A DNA stretch of 32,000 nt from an uncultured bacterium (GCA_964551475.1 CAZKCI010000034.1:9326-41325), one strand, 5' to 3'; shown: positions 1-8,189, counted from the stretch's first letter. Program-made: numbers and translations. The notes: generated from the letters alone by a model not told the origin.

Positions 1-345
1 CGGCGCGGTCTGGATCGCCCGGAGCTCGAGGCCGCTCTCCTTGTGGAAGACGGCGAGAGCCTCCAGGTAGTCGCCCGGTTTTCCCCGGATCCCTCCCATC
101 CCCGCGGGGATACGGATCTCCACCGGGCCTTCGGGCTGGGTGATGATCAGACGGTCCGGTTGGACGCGGACGATCCGGGCGTCGATGTAGAAGGGGATCT
201 CCCGTCCGTCGCAGGCGTCGGGTTCGGCCAGGCACTGCCGGTAGTCGGGCCCCTCCGCTTCCCAGAGACGGACGGACCAGGAGAGTCCGATCACGGCGAG
301 AGCGATCAGTACGATCTTCAGGATGCGATGTCGGTCGGAAAACAC
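1..345 (-). CDS. hypothetical membrane-anchored protein, partial (3' end lies outside the window)
   Basis: Manual minus-strand translation from GTG at 345 stays open to position 1 (VFSDRHRILKIVLIALAVIGLSWSVRLWEAEGPDYRQCL...): one N-terminal hydrophobic helix, then a soluble part. The + ORF 43..372 is D/G/P-rich and looks like its antisense shadow. No family recognised and no clear SD. Confidence 0.4.
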   Translation of the reverse strand, partial: MFSDRHRILKIVLIALAVIGLSWSVRLWEAEGPDYRQCLAEPDACDGREIPFYIDARIVRVQPDRLIITQPEGPVEIRIPAGMGGIRGKPGDYLEALAVFHKESGLELRAIQTAP

Positions 346-390
346 GGAAAGGAGATTAGAGCACAAATCTGATTTTGACAAGAATTTTAC

Positions 391-429
391 CAAATAATGC
401 CGTCGACTGGAGGCCATCGGCATTATTTG
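391..429. promoter_or_regulatory. perfect 12-bp AT-rich inverted repeat CAAATAATGCCG-N15-CGGCATTATTTG; candidate operator in a divergent promoter region
   Basis: Arms read directly at 391..402 and 418..429. It lies between the minus-strand start at 345 and the HTH gene at 502, flanked by TTGACA hexamers at 375..380 and 433..438. Confidence 0.4.
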
Positions 430-432
430 CTA

Positions 433-462
433 TTGACAAACAAGGTCAATCGACGTTAAAGT
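433..462 (+). promoter_or_regulatory. candidate sigma70-type promoter for the HTH-KamA pair (TTGACA-N18-TAAAGT)
   Basis: TTGACA at 433..438 and TAAAGT at 457..462, about 40 nt upstream of the ATG at 502. Pattern match only. Confidence 0.3.
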
Positions 463-501
463 ACGCCAAGATACGTTCAACCGCTCTCCGGACGCAATTA
501 A

Positions 502-753
502 ATGGACCATCATTCTCCCGCACCGTCTCCCGGCAAGGATATCCTGACCGGTCCCGAGGTGGAGAGCCTCCTCCATGTCTCCCGCACCACTCTCTGGAAA
601 CTCAGGGAGAAAGATAAGCTTCCCTACACCAAGGTGGGGCGGAAATACCTCTATATCCGCGCGGAGGTGCTCGCCTGGCTCAAGGATCAAAGGGGAAGAG
701 GGTCGCAGCTGACCATCCCGCTGGAGTTTTCCATCGAAGGGGGGAAGAAATGA
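502..753 (+). CDS. excisionase/MerR-type helix-turn-helix DNA-binding protein (HTH_17-like), 83 aa
   Basis: ILTGPEVESLLHVSRTTLWKLREKDKLPYTKVGRKYLYIRAEVLAWL matches the AlpA/Xis-type HTH pattern (helix-turn-helix, then a basic wing, then L..WL). Its stop overlaps the next start (ATGA at 750..753). Confidence 0.8.
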   Translation: MDHHSPAPSPGKDILTGPEVESLLHVSRTTLWKLREKDKLPYTKVGRKYLYIRAEVLAWLKDQRGRGSQLTIPLEFSIEGGKK

Positions 754-1874
754 TCCGCCCCGCCCGGGAGAGGCGCGAGGCCGTCCCGCCCTGGCGCCGC
801 GATCTGGACGAGCGGATCACCGACCGCGAGGAATTGAACCGGCGCCTCCGCCTGTCTCCGGAGGAGTGGGACGGCGCCTCTCCGGACGATGAAACTCCCT
901 TCGCCGTCACCCGCCATCTCCTCTCCCTGATCGATCCCGCCGACCCCGCCTGTCCCATCCGCCGCCAGTTCGTCCCCTCCGCCCGGGAGAGGACCACCTT
1001 TCCCTGCGCCCTCCCCGCCTTCGGGGACGAGGAGAAGGGAAAGATATTCCCCTGGCTTTTCCACCGCTATCCGGGACGGGCGGTGCTCTTCGCGGGCCCG
1101 GACTGCGCCGCCTACTGCCGCTTCTGCGCCTGGCGGCGATGGGGCGAGAGCCGCGGAGGAGGGATCAAGGGGGCGCGTCTCCGCCTGAGCTTGGATTATC
1201 TCCGCCGCCATTCCGAGATCACCGAGGTGATCCTTTCCGGGGGCGATCCCTTCCTCCTGGGCGACGAAGAACTCGGGGCTATGCTCTCCGCCCTGCGCTC
1301 GCTTCCCCGGATCGCGGTGATCCGGGCGGAGACGCGGATCCCGACCGTTCTCCCCCGGCGCGCGACGCCCGCCCTGGCCGCTCTCCTGCGCCGCCAGCAG
1401 CCGCTCTGGGTCGTCGTCCACGTCAATCACCCCCGGGAGGTCGGCGAGGACTTCGCCGCCGCCTGCGCTCTGCTCGCCGACGCGGGCGTTCCGCTCGCCG
1501 CCCAGACGGTCCTTCTGAAAGGCGTCAACGACGATCCCCAAGTCCTGAAAACCCTCTTCGACCGCCTGCTCGCCCTGAGGCTTCGCCCCTATGTTCTCTT
1601 TCACTGCCGCCCCGCGCCCGGTCTCAACCACTTCCAGACCACCATCCAGGCGGGGCTGAAGATCATGGAGTCCCTCCGCCGGCAGTCCTCCGGGCTCTCC
1701 GTGCCCGCCTACGTCGTCGACGCTCCGGGCGGCGGGGGCAAGATCCCGCTCGGCCCCAACTACATCCTCAACCTCGACCGGGCCAAGGTCCTGGTTCGCA
1801 CCCCCCACAACTCGCTCTACGAGCTCCCCCAGCCCCTGAGCGACTGGGACGCCCCCTCGCCGATCGCCACCTGA
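750..1874 (+). CDS. KamA-family radical SAM protein (lysine 2,3-aminomutase / EpmB-like), 374 aa
   Basis: CAAYCRFC (CxxxCxxC cluster), SGGDPFLL, VVVHVNHPREV and QTVLLKGVNDD are the signature blocks of the KamA family, as is the N-terminal W...I......L...P.AVT.H...LI.....CPIRRQF.P pattern. Confidence 0.9.
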   Translation: MIRPARERREAVPPWRRDLDERITDREELNRRLRLSPEEWDGASPDDETPFAVTRHLLSLIDPADPACPIRRQFVPSARERTTFPCALPAFGDEEKGKIFPWLFHRYPGRAVLFAGPDCAAYCRFCAWRRWGESRGGGIKGARLRLSLDYLRRHSEITEVILSGGDPFLLGDEELGAMLSALRSLPRIAVIRAETRIPTVLPRRATPALAALLRRQQPLWVVVHVNHPREVGEDFAAACALLADAGVPLAAQTVLLKGVNDDPQVLKTLFDRLLALRLRPYVLFHCRPAPGLNHFQTTIQAGLKIMESLRRQSSGLSVPAYVVDAPGGGGKIPLGPNYILNLDRAKVLVRTPHNSLYELPQPLSDWDAPSPIAT

Positions 1875-1920
1875 TCCTGGTCGGCCGGGAGACGGACGCC
1901 TCCCGGCCGACCAGGATCAG
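1871..1920 (+). terminator. perfect 20-bp stem / 10-nt loop hairpin overlapping the KamA stop codon
   Basis: CTGATCCTGGTCGGCCGGGA (1871..1890) and TCCCGGCCGACCAGGATCAG (1901..1920) are exact reverse complements. There is no U-tract after it, so terminator function is inferred from position. Confidence 0.6.
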
Positions 1921-1934
1921 AATAGCCCGACAGC

Positions 1935-3122
1935 ATGCGGATACTCTTTCTCACCTCCGATATTCCCTATCGCTCCATCCGGCACGGCGGCGGTGAGCTC
2001 AACTTCAACACCCTTCGCCAGCTCGCCCGCTCCCACGAGATCCATGTCCTCGCTTTTGTCCGCCCGGAGGAGGAGCGCTTTCTCGACGAGCTCCGGGATG
2101 TTTGCCGGGAGGTCCGCGCCGTGCCCGCCTGGCGGGGGACGCTGAGCCGTCTGCGCCGCCTGCCCCTTCTCCTCCGCCATCCCTACCCCGTGGTCGCCAC
2201 CGACTCGCTCCGGATGCGGCGGGAGCTTCGGAAACTCATCTCCGGCCAGCGTTTCGATCTCGTCCAGATCGACCATTTCCACATGGGTCAGTATCTCGCC
2301 GGCCTGCCCGCATCTCCCCCGCGCGCGCTTCTTTTCGAGGACATACCCAGCTCCATTCTCCGCCAGAGTGTCCGCATCGTCGGGGGGATTAAGAAGGGGC
2401 TGCTCCAGCGGGAATGGAACCTGAGCCGATACTGGGAGAAGAGATACGCCGCCGCCGCCGGCAACGTCTTTGTGCTTTCGCGCAAGGATCAGCGGGTGGT
2501 AGAATCCTGGGACGTGGGGGCGAGATGTTTCGTCCTCCCGCCGCTCTTCGGGGAAAGGTTTTTCGACGTCCCCCGGGGCGAGACGGAGGCGGGCAATGTC
2601 CTGTTCGTGGGAGCGATGCACCGCCCGGTGAACATCGACGCCGCCCTGCTTCTCCAGGAGTCGATCATGCCCCGGGTGAGACGGGAATGCCCGTCCGCGC
2701 GCGCCACGGTGGTCGGGCACCGTCCGCCCGAGCGCCTGCGCGCCGCCGCCGGACCGCAGTTCATCGTCACCGGGGGCGTGGAAAGCGTCGAGCCGTTTTT
2801 GGCCCGGGCCGCGGTCTTCGCGGCCCCCCTCCGGGTGGTCGGAGGGGTGATCGTGAAGATCCTGCAGGCGATGGCGGCGGGGAAGCCCGTGGTGACGAGC
2901 CGCCTGGCCAACGCCGGGATCGGCGCGGAAGAGGAGAAGGAGATTCTGGTCGCCGACCGTCCGGAGGAATTCGCCGGAAAGGTGATCGGACTCCTCCAGA
3001 ATCCCGATCGGGCGGCGGCGGTCGGCGCGGCGGGACGGCGCTTTGTTCGGGAGCGTTATGACCCCGAACGGGCGCGGCAACGAATCGACGAGATCTACGC
3101 GGCGGCGGCAGGCCAGCGATGA
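1935..3122 (+). CDS. GT-B fold glycosyltransferase, family 4 / group 1
   Basis: MRILFLTSDIPY... N-terminus and the C-terminal group-1 block (AAVFAAPLRVVGGVIVKILQAMAAGKPVVTS...EEEKEILVAD...RFVRERYD). Its stop overlaps the next start (ATGA at 3119). Confidence 0.9.
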   Translation: MRILFLTSDIPYRSIRHGGGELNFNTLRQLARSHEIHVLAFVRPEEERFLDELRDVCREVRAVPAWRGTLSRLRRLPLLLRHPYPVVATDSLRMRRELRKLISGQRFDLVQIDHFHMGQYLAGLPASPPRALLFEDIPSSILRQSVRIVGGIKKGLLQREWNLSRYWEKRYAAAAGNVFVLSRKDQRVVESWDVGARCFVLPPLFGERFFDVPRGETEAGNVLFVGAMHRPVNIDAALLLQESIMPRVRRECPSARATVVGHRPPERLRAAAGPQFIVTGGVESVEPFLARAAVFAAPLRVVGGVIVKILQAMAAGKPVVTSRLANAGIGAEEEKEILVADRPEEFAGKVIGLLQNPDRAAAVGAAGRRFVRERYDPERARQRIDEIYAAAAGQR

Positions 3123-3871
3123 AGAGCGCGGTTTCCCGAGCGGACAAAACGCTGATTCTCATTCCGGTCTTCAACGAATCCCGCTCTCTGGCGGGGCTGA
3201 TCGGCGCCATCCGCTCGCTCCATCCCGGCCTGGACGTGGTGGTGGTGGACGACGGCTCCCGCGACGGCTCCGCCGGGATTGCCCGGGCCCTCGGCTGTCT
3301 CGTTTTCTCCCATGCCTTCAATTTAGGCGACGGCGCCGCCCGCCAGACCGGTTTTCTCTATGCCCTTCGGGAAGGCTATGACTACGTCATTCATATCGAC
3401 GGCGACGGCCAGCACTCTCCCGCCGAGATCCAGCTCCTGCTCGACGAGCTCAGGAAGGGCGAGGCGGACATGGTGGTGGGGTCGCGCTTCCTCGGCTCCT
3501 GCACCTACCGCCTGTCCGCGCCGAAGCGGATCGGGATGAAGATCTTCAGCCTGATCTGTTCGGCGGTGATCCGCCAGAGGATCACCGACCCCACCTCGGG
3601 TTTCCGGGGGATGAACCGCCGGGCCCTCACCGTCTTCACCGACGGCTATTATCCCCAGCACTTTCCCGACGCCGACGTGATCATCTCCTCCCATTTCCAG
3701 GGGATCAGAATCCGGGAGATCCCGGTGACCATGTCCGCCTCGCAGTCCCGCGGCCTCCATCGGGGGATGACCATCCTCTACTACATCTACAAGATGCTTC
3801 TCTCCAGTCTTGTCTGCAGCCTGCGCCTGCGCTACCCCGCCGCCGAGGACGCGACCGACCGTGCCCTTTAA
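3119..3871 (+). CDS. GT2 glycosyltransferase resembling polyprenol-phosphate hexose synthases (DPM1/GtrB/Ppm1 type)
   Basis: LILIPVFNES...DVVVVDDGSRDGS...YVIHIDGDGQH...VVGSRF...DPTSGFR is the soluble GT-A catalytic-core pattern of this subgroup. It is immediately followed by a DUF2304-like gene, a pairing I recognise as conserved. Confidence 0.88.
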   Translation: MKSAVSRADKTLILIPVFNESRSLAGLIGAIRSLHPGLDVVVVDDGSRDGSAGIARALGCLVFSHAFNLGDGAARQTGFLYALREGYDYVIHIDGDGQHSPAEIQLLLDELRKGEADMVVGSRFLGSCTYRLSAPKRIGMKIFSLICSAVIRQRITDPTSGFRGMNRRALTVFTDGYYPQHFPDADVIISSHFQGIRIREIPVTMSASQSRGLHRGMTILYYIYKMLLSSLVCSLRLRYPAAEDATDRAL

Positions 3872-4190
3872 ACAGAAACTCATCGCCGTCCTGATGGCCA
3901 TCGGCCTCCTCCTCTTCATCATCGAGGTGGTCCGCCGCCGCAAGCTCCGCGAGGAATACGCCTGGCTCTGGATCCTGGTCGGCGTGAGCGTCCTGCTCCT
4001 CTCCCTCTGGGAGAGCCTGCTCAATTCCCTGACCCGCTTCATGGGGATCCAGCTTCCCGCCAACACCGTCTTCTACTTCGGCTTGATGTTCATGATCTTC
4101 ATCAACCTCCACTTCTCGGTCAAGATCTCGCTCCTGACCAACCAGGTCAAGCGCCTGACCCAGGAGCTTGCGTTGGCCAAGAAGAAATGA
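3861..4190 (+). CDS. small 3-TM membrane protein, DUF2304-like
   Basis: LIAVLMAIGLLLFIIEVVRRRKLREEYAWLWILVGVSVLLLSLW...NTVFYFGLMFMIFINLHFSVKISLL..RLTQELA: three hydrophobic helices with the RRR.LRE.YA.LW motif and a C-terminal amphipathic helix. The frame is open from 3810. GTG 3861 (11-nt overlap with the GT2) or ATG 3894 are the plausible starts. Confidence 0.75.
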   Translation: MPFKQKLIAVLMAIGLLLFIIEVVRRRKLREEYAWLWILVGVSVLLLSLWESLLNSLTRFMGIQLPANTVFYFGLMFMIFINLHFSVKISLLTNQVKRLTQELALAKKK

Positions 4191-4195
4191 CACGA

Positions 4196-4309
4196 AGATG
4201 GGCTAGGGCTAGGTTATTGGTCTGGTGTGTGGGCAAAGACAGTGGTGCGGCCGGCCGTCACCACAGACCTGACCCTTGCCCAAACCATTGACCTAACCCT
4301 TGTCCAGTT
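4196..4309. repeat. intergenic palindromic element A (~114 bp, symmetric about GGCCGGCC at 4249..4256)
   Basis: Outer arms 4196..4220 and 4285..4309 pair at 18 Watson-Crick + 3 G:T of 25 positions. Core is GTGGTGC-GGCCGGCC-G(T)CACCAC. The G/T-rich left arm and C/A-rich right arm are homologous to element B (15/18 and 18/21 identities in the blocks compared). Confidence 0.6.
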
Positions 4310-5312
4310 GTCTATCGTGGTTCAGACCGCATTCATCGTCCCCCATTGGAACAACTATCCGCTCCTCTCCCGCTGTCTCGTGGCCGTCTGCGCGCAAACC
4401 GAGAAGGATTTTTCCGTCCTGGTCGTGGACAACGGATCGACTGACGGCTCCCCCCTCCTGGTCGCCCGCGATTTCCCTTCCGTTCGGCTGATCCGCCTCA
4501 AGGAAAACCTCGGCTTCGCCGCCGCCGTCAACCGGGGGATCGCGGCCTCCCGGTCGGAGTATCTCGCTTTCGTCAACAACGACGTCCGCCTCGCGCCGGA
4601 CTGGCTGGAGAAGATGCTGGGGGGGATCAGAAGCGATCTCTCTCTCGGCGCCGTCGCCGGAAAACTCCTGTTCGATTCAGCCCCCCCCGACCGGATCGCC
4701 TCCGCCGGGAGCATCATCCTGAAAAGCGGTTTCGGACGCGATCGGGGATGCGGGGAGGAGGACCGGGGTCAGTTCGACCGGCGGGAGGAGATCTTCTGGG
4801 CGAGCGGGGGGGCCTGCCTCATCCCCCGGCGCCTTTTTGCCGACATCGGCCTCTGGGACGAGACCTTCTTCGCCTACTTCGAGGACATCGATCTCGGCCT
4901 GCGCGCCCGCCTGCGCGGATACCGCTGCCTCTATCTCCCGGCCGCGGTCGGCCGTCACGTGGGGGGGGCGACCGGCGACGGCGTCCCCCGCCTGGGCGCG
5001 GCACTGCGCTTCCGCAACGCCTTCATGGTCGCGCTCAAGAATTTCCCCGGGCCGGTTCTCCGCCGCCACCTGGTCTATGTGCTTTTCTCCCACCTGCGCG
5101 CTCTCGTCTACCTCGCGGCGAAGGGCTATGGGCGCGAGGCCTGGCGGGGCGAGATCTATCTGGCGCGGAATCTGAGGCGGATCATGGCCGAACGGCGGAG
5201 GATACAGAAGGCGCGGACGGTCCCGGTCTCGGCGATCGCGGGGATCCTGAGCTCCGAGGACTTCTCGGCCGCGGCCCTGCGCGGCTGGTTCTCCGGCCTG
5301 GCCCGGAAATGA
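4308..5312 (+). CDS. GT2 family glycosyltransferase (rhamnosyltransferase-like)
   Basis: AFIVPHWNNYPLLSRCL...FSVLVVDNGSTDGS...ENLGFAAAVNRGI...LAFVNNDV...FAYFEDIDLGLRARLRGY is the classic GT2 layout. The frame is open from GTG 4227, but that stretch is the palindromic element. TTG 4308 or GTG 4317 are more likely starts, and the start remains uncertain. Confidence 0.85.
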   Translation: MSIVVQTAFIVPHWNNYPLLSRCLVAVCAQTEKDFSVLVVDNGSTDGSPLLVARDFPSVRLIRLKENLGFAAAVNRGIAASRSEYLAFVNNDVRLAPDWLEKMLGGIRSDLSLGAVAGKLLFDSAPPDRIASAGSIILKSGFGRDRGCGEEDRGQFDRREEIFWASGGACLIPRRLFADIGLWDETFFAYFEDIDLGLRARLRGYRCLYLPAAVGRHVGGATGDGVPRLGAALRFRNAFMVALKNFPGPVLRRHLVYVLFSHLRALVYLAAKGYGREAWRGEIYLARNLRRIMAERRRIQKARTVPVSAIAGILSSEDFSAAALRGWFSGLARK

Positions 5313-5327
5313 TTTGAACCACGATTG

Positions 5328-5377
5328 CGCGAATTCAAGTAGCCGGGCTCAATTCGCGTAATTCGCGGAATTCGTAG
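5328..5377. repeat. AATTCGCG repeat cluster: three tandem 9-bp units plus one inverted copy
   Basis: CGCGAATT at 5328..5335. AATTCGCGT / AATTCGCGG / AATTCGTAG in tandem at 5351..5377. Located in an unusually AT-rich spacer between two GT2 genes and followed by CCCGATCGGG+T6 at 5400..5416. Confidence 0.5.
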
Positions 5378-5435
5378 TTGAATGTTTTTAGCCGCGATGC
5401 CCGATCGGGTTTTTTGGTAGTATCCATTCTTCGCC

Positions 5436-6338
5436 ATGAAAACGTCGATCTTTGTCGTCATCCTCTCCTGGAACGGGCGCTCTGACAGCCTCTCCTGCCT
5501 CGCCTCCCTGGCGAAGGTTTCCTCCCCGCCCTTCCGGATCATCCTGGTCGACAACGGCTCCTCCGACGGGACGGCCGCGGCGGTTCGGGAAAAATATCCC
5601 GCGGTGGAGGTGATCGCCACCGGGGAGAACCTCGGTTTCCCCGGCGGCAACAACGTGGGGATCCGGCGGGCGCTCGCAGGCCGGGCGGACTATATCTGCC
5701 TCCTCAACAACGACACCGAGGTCGACCCCGCTTTCCTGGGGGAATTCCTGGCCGCCGCGAACCGCTTTCCGCACGGCGGGATCTTCGGCGCCCGTGTCTG
5801 TTATCTGGAGCGGCCGAAGATCGTCTGGAGCCAGGGGATCGCGGTCAACCGCCTCACCGGCCGCGTCCTCACCCGGCATTTCAATGCCCCGGAGGATGCC
5901 GTCCCGGCCGAGACGACGGAGGCGCGGGCGGTCAGCGCCGCCTGCATGTTCGTCCGGCGCGAGGTTTTCGAGAAGGCCGGCCTGATGGACGAGCGCTACT
6001 TCCTCTGCTACGAGGACGTCGATCTCTGCCTGCGCGCCGCCGCCGCCGGCTTCACGATCCATGCCGTTCCCGCCGCCCGGGTTCGGCACCGGGTGAGCGC
6101 TTCGATGGGAGGGGAGGGTTCGGCGACGATCATCTACTACTCCACCCGCAACCAGCTTCTCCTGGCCCGGGAGCGCCTCCCCCTGCCGCTGCCCCTGCGC
6201 GCGCCGCGGAGTCTTCTGATCGCCCTCTACAATCTCCTCTTCGCGTTGGTCACCACGCGCACGCCGGCCCGTCTCGGATTGCCCACCTGGTGGCGGGGCG
6301 TGCGGAATTATCTGTCGGGGCGTTTCGGCCGGAGGTAG
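5436..6338 (+). CDS. GT2 family glycosyltransferase
   Basis: SIFVVILSWNGRSDSLSCL...RIILVDNGSSDGT...ENLGFPGGNNVGI...ICLLNNDTEV...LCYEDVDLCLRAAAAGF. Confidence 0.9.
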   Translation: MKTSIFVVILSWNGRSDSLSCLASLAKVSSPPFRIILVDNGSSDGTAAAVREKYPAVEVIATGENLGFPGGNNVGIRRALAGRADYICLLNNDTEVDPAFLGEFLAAANRFPHGGIFGARVCYLERPKIVWSQGIAVNRLTGRVLTRHFNAPEDAVPAETTEARAVSAACMFVRREVFEKAGLMDERYFLCYEDVDLCLRAAAAGFTIHAVPAARVRHRVSASMGGEGSATIIYYSTRNQLLLARERLPLPLPLRAPRSLLIALYNLLFALVTTRTPARLGLPTWWRGVRNYLSGRFGRR

Positions 6339-6408
6339 GGGGAGGGTTTCCTTCCCCGGGCTTCATTCTTCGCGCCGATTGTGCTATTTTCCCCCCATGG
6401 AGGTGGCT

Positions 6409-8061
6409 ATGAAACGTCTTCCGCTCGTCCTGCTCTTGGCCTTGGTCGGCTACTCGCTCCCTTTCTTCCTGAGCGATGAACTGATCTCACCCGACGACGC
6501 GGTCTTCGCGGTCTTCTCCGGCAATCTGGCCCGGACCGGCAGCCTCGCCTATCGGTCGGAGGGAGATGCGGTCTTCGGGATCCCGGGGTTTGTCCCCCGC
6601 TATTTCGTTTACAGCAGGAACCCGGATCGTCCCGCGGACACCTTCCCGCGCAAGTTTCCCGGCTTCATTTTTCTCTGGGGCGGCCTCCGGGCCTTCTCGC
6701 CCTGGCTGGTCGCCCGCCTGATCAACCCCTTGCTGGCGGTGATCGCGCTTCTCCTCCTCTTCGCGATCGGCCGCGTGGCCTTCCCCGGAGGGAAGGAGGC
6801 GCTCTGGGGGACGATCATCCTCGCCGTCAATCCCCTCTTCATCCACCGCGCCTACATGTATAACGCCACCCTCGGCAACCTCGTCTTCTTCCTGGCCTCC
6901 CTCCTTTTTCTCCTGCTCGCCCTGCGCCGAAGGTGTCTCTGGGCCTACCTGCTCTTCGGCGTTTCCGCCGGCGCTTTTCTCTGGTTCCGTCCGACTAACC
7001 CGGTCTATCTCGCCGCCTTCGCCTGCCTTGCCTTTTTTGAGCGGGACAAGATCAGGGGCCGCGCCCTTCTTCTCGCCCTCCTCGCCATCGTCGTCTTCGC
7101 GCTGGGGATACTGCTCTACAACAAGATCTGCTTCGGGAGCTATCTTTCGTTCAGCTACACCGTGACTGCGGTGTCGCCGGAGAAGGTGATGGGCGTGAAA
7201 CCGCCCCTCTCGATCGCCCAGATTGCCGACTATCTCCGCTTCCACCCTTCGATCTGGTTGCTGCACCTGAAGAACGCCCCCGTCTCCCTCTTCATCGCCT
7301 TTCCCCTCCTGCCGCTTGCCGTCCTGGGTTTCTTCCTCTTCCCCGCCGGAGAAGGGGGCAAGGGGTTTCGGAACTTCTATCTTTGCCAGATCCTGATCTC
7401 CATCGCCTTTTTCGCCAACTTCGGGACTTTCGGTTACGAAAAGGGCGAGTTCACGCTCCACTCCTCCTTCCTCCGCTATCTGACGCCGACGGTCGCCCTG
7501 CTTTCCCTCTTCGCCGCCCGGGCCCTCTCCCGGATCTCCTGGCCCTCCGTCCGTCCGCTCCGTGTCGCCTGCCTGTTCAGCCTCCTCATCGCCTTTCTCG
7601 CTCCCTCCGGCCAGATCGAGACGGTCCTCCAGTCTTCCTACTACCGCGCCTGCCGCGATTTTCTGCTCCGGGAAGTGCCGGCGGACTCCGTTCTCTTCTC
7701 CCACTACTGGGACAAGACGGTCTTCCCCGAACGGATGATTCACACCGGCGGATCGCATTTTCCCGGAGAGTCGTTCGAGGTCCCCCTCCGCCGCGTTCTG
7801 GAGAAGGGGAAGGCGGTCTTTACCACCTCCCATTTCAACGACGAGAAGATTCTCGCTTTTCTCCAGGAGAACTACTCCTGCCGGGAGGTCCGGGGGCCGA
7901 CGGAGATGACGCCCCTGGTCAAAATCGCCACCAGTTTCATGCCCCGGGAGATCTATCCGCTCATTCTCTACCGGGTGACCGGTCCGCTGCCGGTCGCGGA
8001 GACCGAAACCGCTCTTCCCTCCGAGGCCCCTCCGGCGTCGGTGTTGGAGGAAGACGAATAA
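6409..8061 (+). CDS. polytopic GT-C fold membrane glycosyltransferase (ArnT/PMT-like, GT39/83-type), no TPR
   Basis: Roughly 12 hydrophobic helices, a first-loop acidic motif (LISPDDAVFA), then a ~130-aa soluble C-terminal domain. ATG 6409 is preceded by GGAGGTG at 5-nt spacing; the ORF is open from 6379. Family call is from topology and motif only. Confidence 0.7.
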   Translation: MKRLPLVLLLALVGYSLPFFLSDELISPDDAVFAVFSGNLARTGSLAYRSEGDAVFGIPGFVPRYFVYSRNPDRPADTFPRKFPGFIFLWGGLRAFSPWLVARLINPLLAVIALLLLFAIGRVAFPGGKEALWGTIILAVNPLFIHRAYMYNATLGNLVFFLASLLFLLLALRRRCLWAYLLFGVSAGAFLWFRPTNPVYLAAFACLAFFERDKIRGRALLLALLAIVVFALGILLYNKICFGSYLSFSYTVTAVSPEKVMGVKPPLSIAQIADYLRFHPSIWLLHLKNAPVSLFIAFPLLPLAVLGFFLFPAGEGGKGFRNFYLCQILISIAFFANFGTFGYEKGEFTLHSSFLRYLTPTVALLSLFAARALSRISWPSVRPLRVACLFSLLIAFLAPSGQIETVLQSSYYRACRDFLLREVPADSVLFSHYWDKTVFPERMIHTGGSHFPGESFEVPLRRVLEKGKAVFTTSHFNDEKILAFLQENYSCREVRGPTEMTPLVKIATSFMPREIYPLILYRVTGPLPVAETETALPSEAPPASVLEEDE

Positions 8062-8064
8062 AGG

Positions 8065-8189
8065 GTAGATGGGTCAGGGTTAGGAAGTGGGACTGGTAAA
8101 TGGGAGAGGGTTGGGTGGCGGCTGGCCGGCCAGGCCAAACCATTAACCTTACCCATCGACCGAACCCACTTCTTAACCCCAACCCATCA
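8065..8189. repeat. intergenic palindromic element B (~125 bp, symmetric about CTGGCCGGCCAG at 8122..8133)
   Basis: Outer arms 8067..8097 and 8159..8189 pair at 24 Watson-Crick + 2 G:T of 31. The left arm holds two tandem ~20-bp units (GTAGATGGGTCAGGGTTAGG at 8065..8084 and GTAAATGGGAGAGGGTTGGG at 8096..8115, 16/20 identical), mirrored in the right arm. Confidence 0.65.

Noticed and set aside
43-372. + strand ORF of 109 aa at the left edge.
   Set aside because: Its composition is D/G/P-rich with no hydrophobic core. The opposite strand gives a more protein-like partial ORF with a TM helix (1..345).
502-753. Excisionase-family HTH as a marker of an integrated mobile element or prophage boundary.
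   Set aside because: The window contains no integrase, transposase, att-like direct repeats or phage genes. The gene is translationally coupled to a metabolic enzyme.
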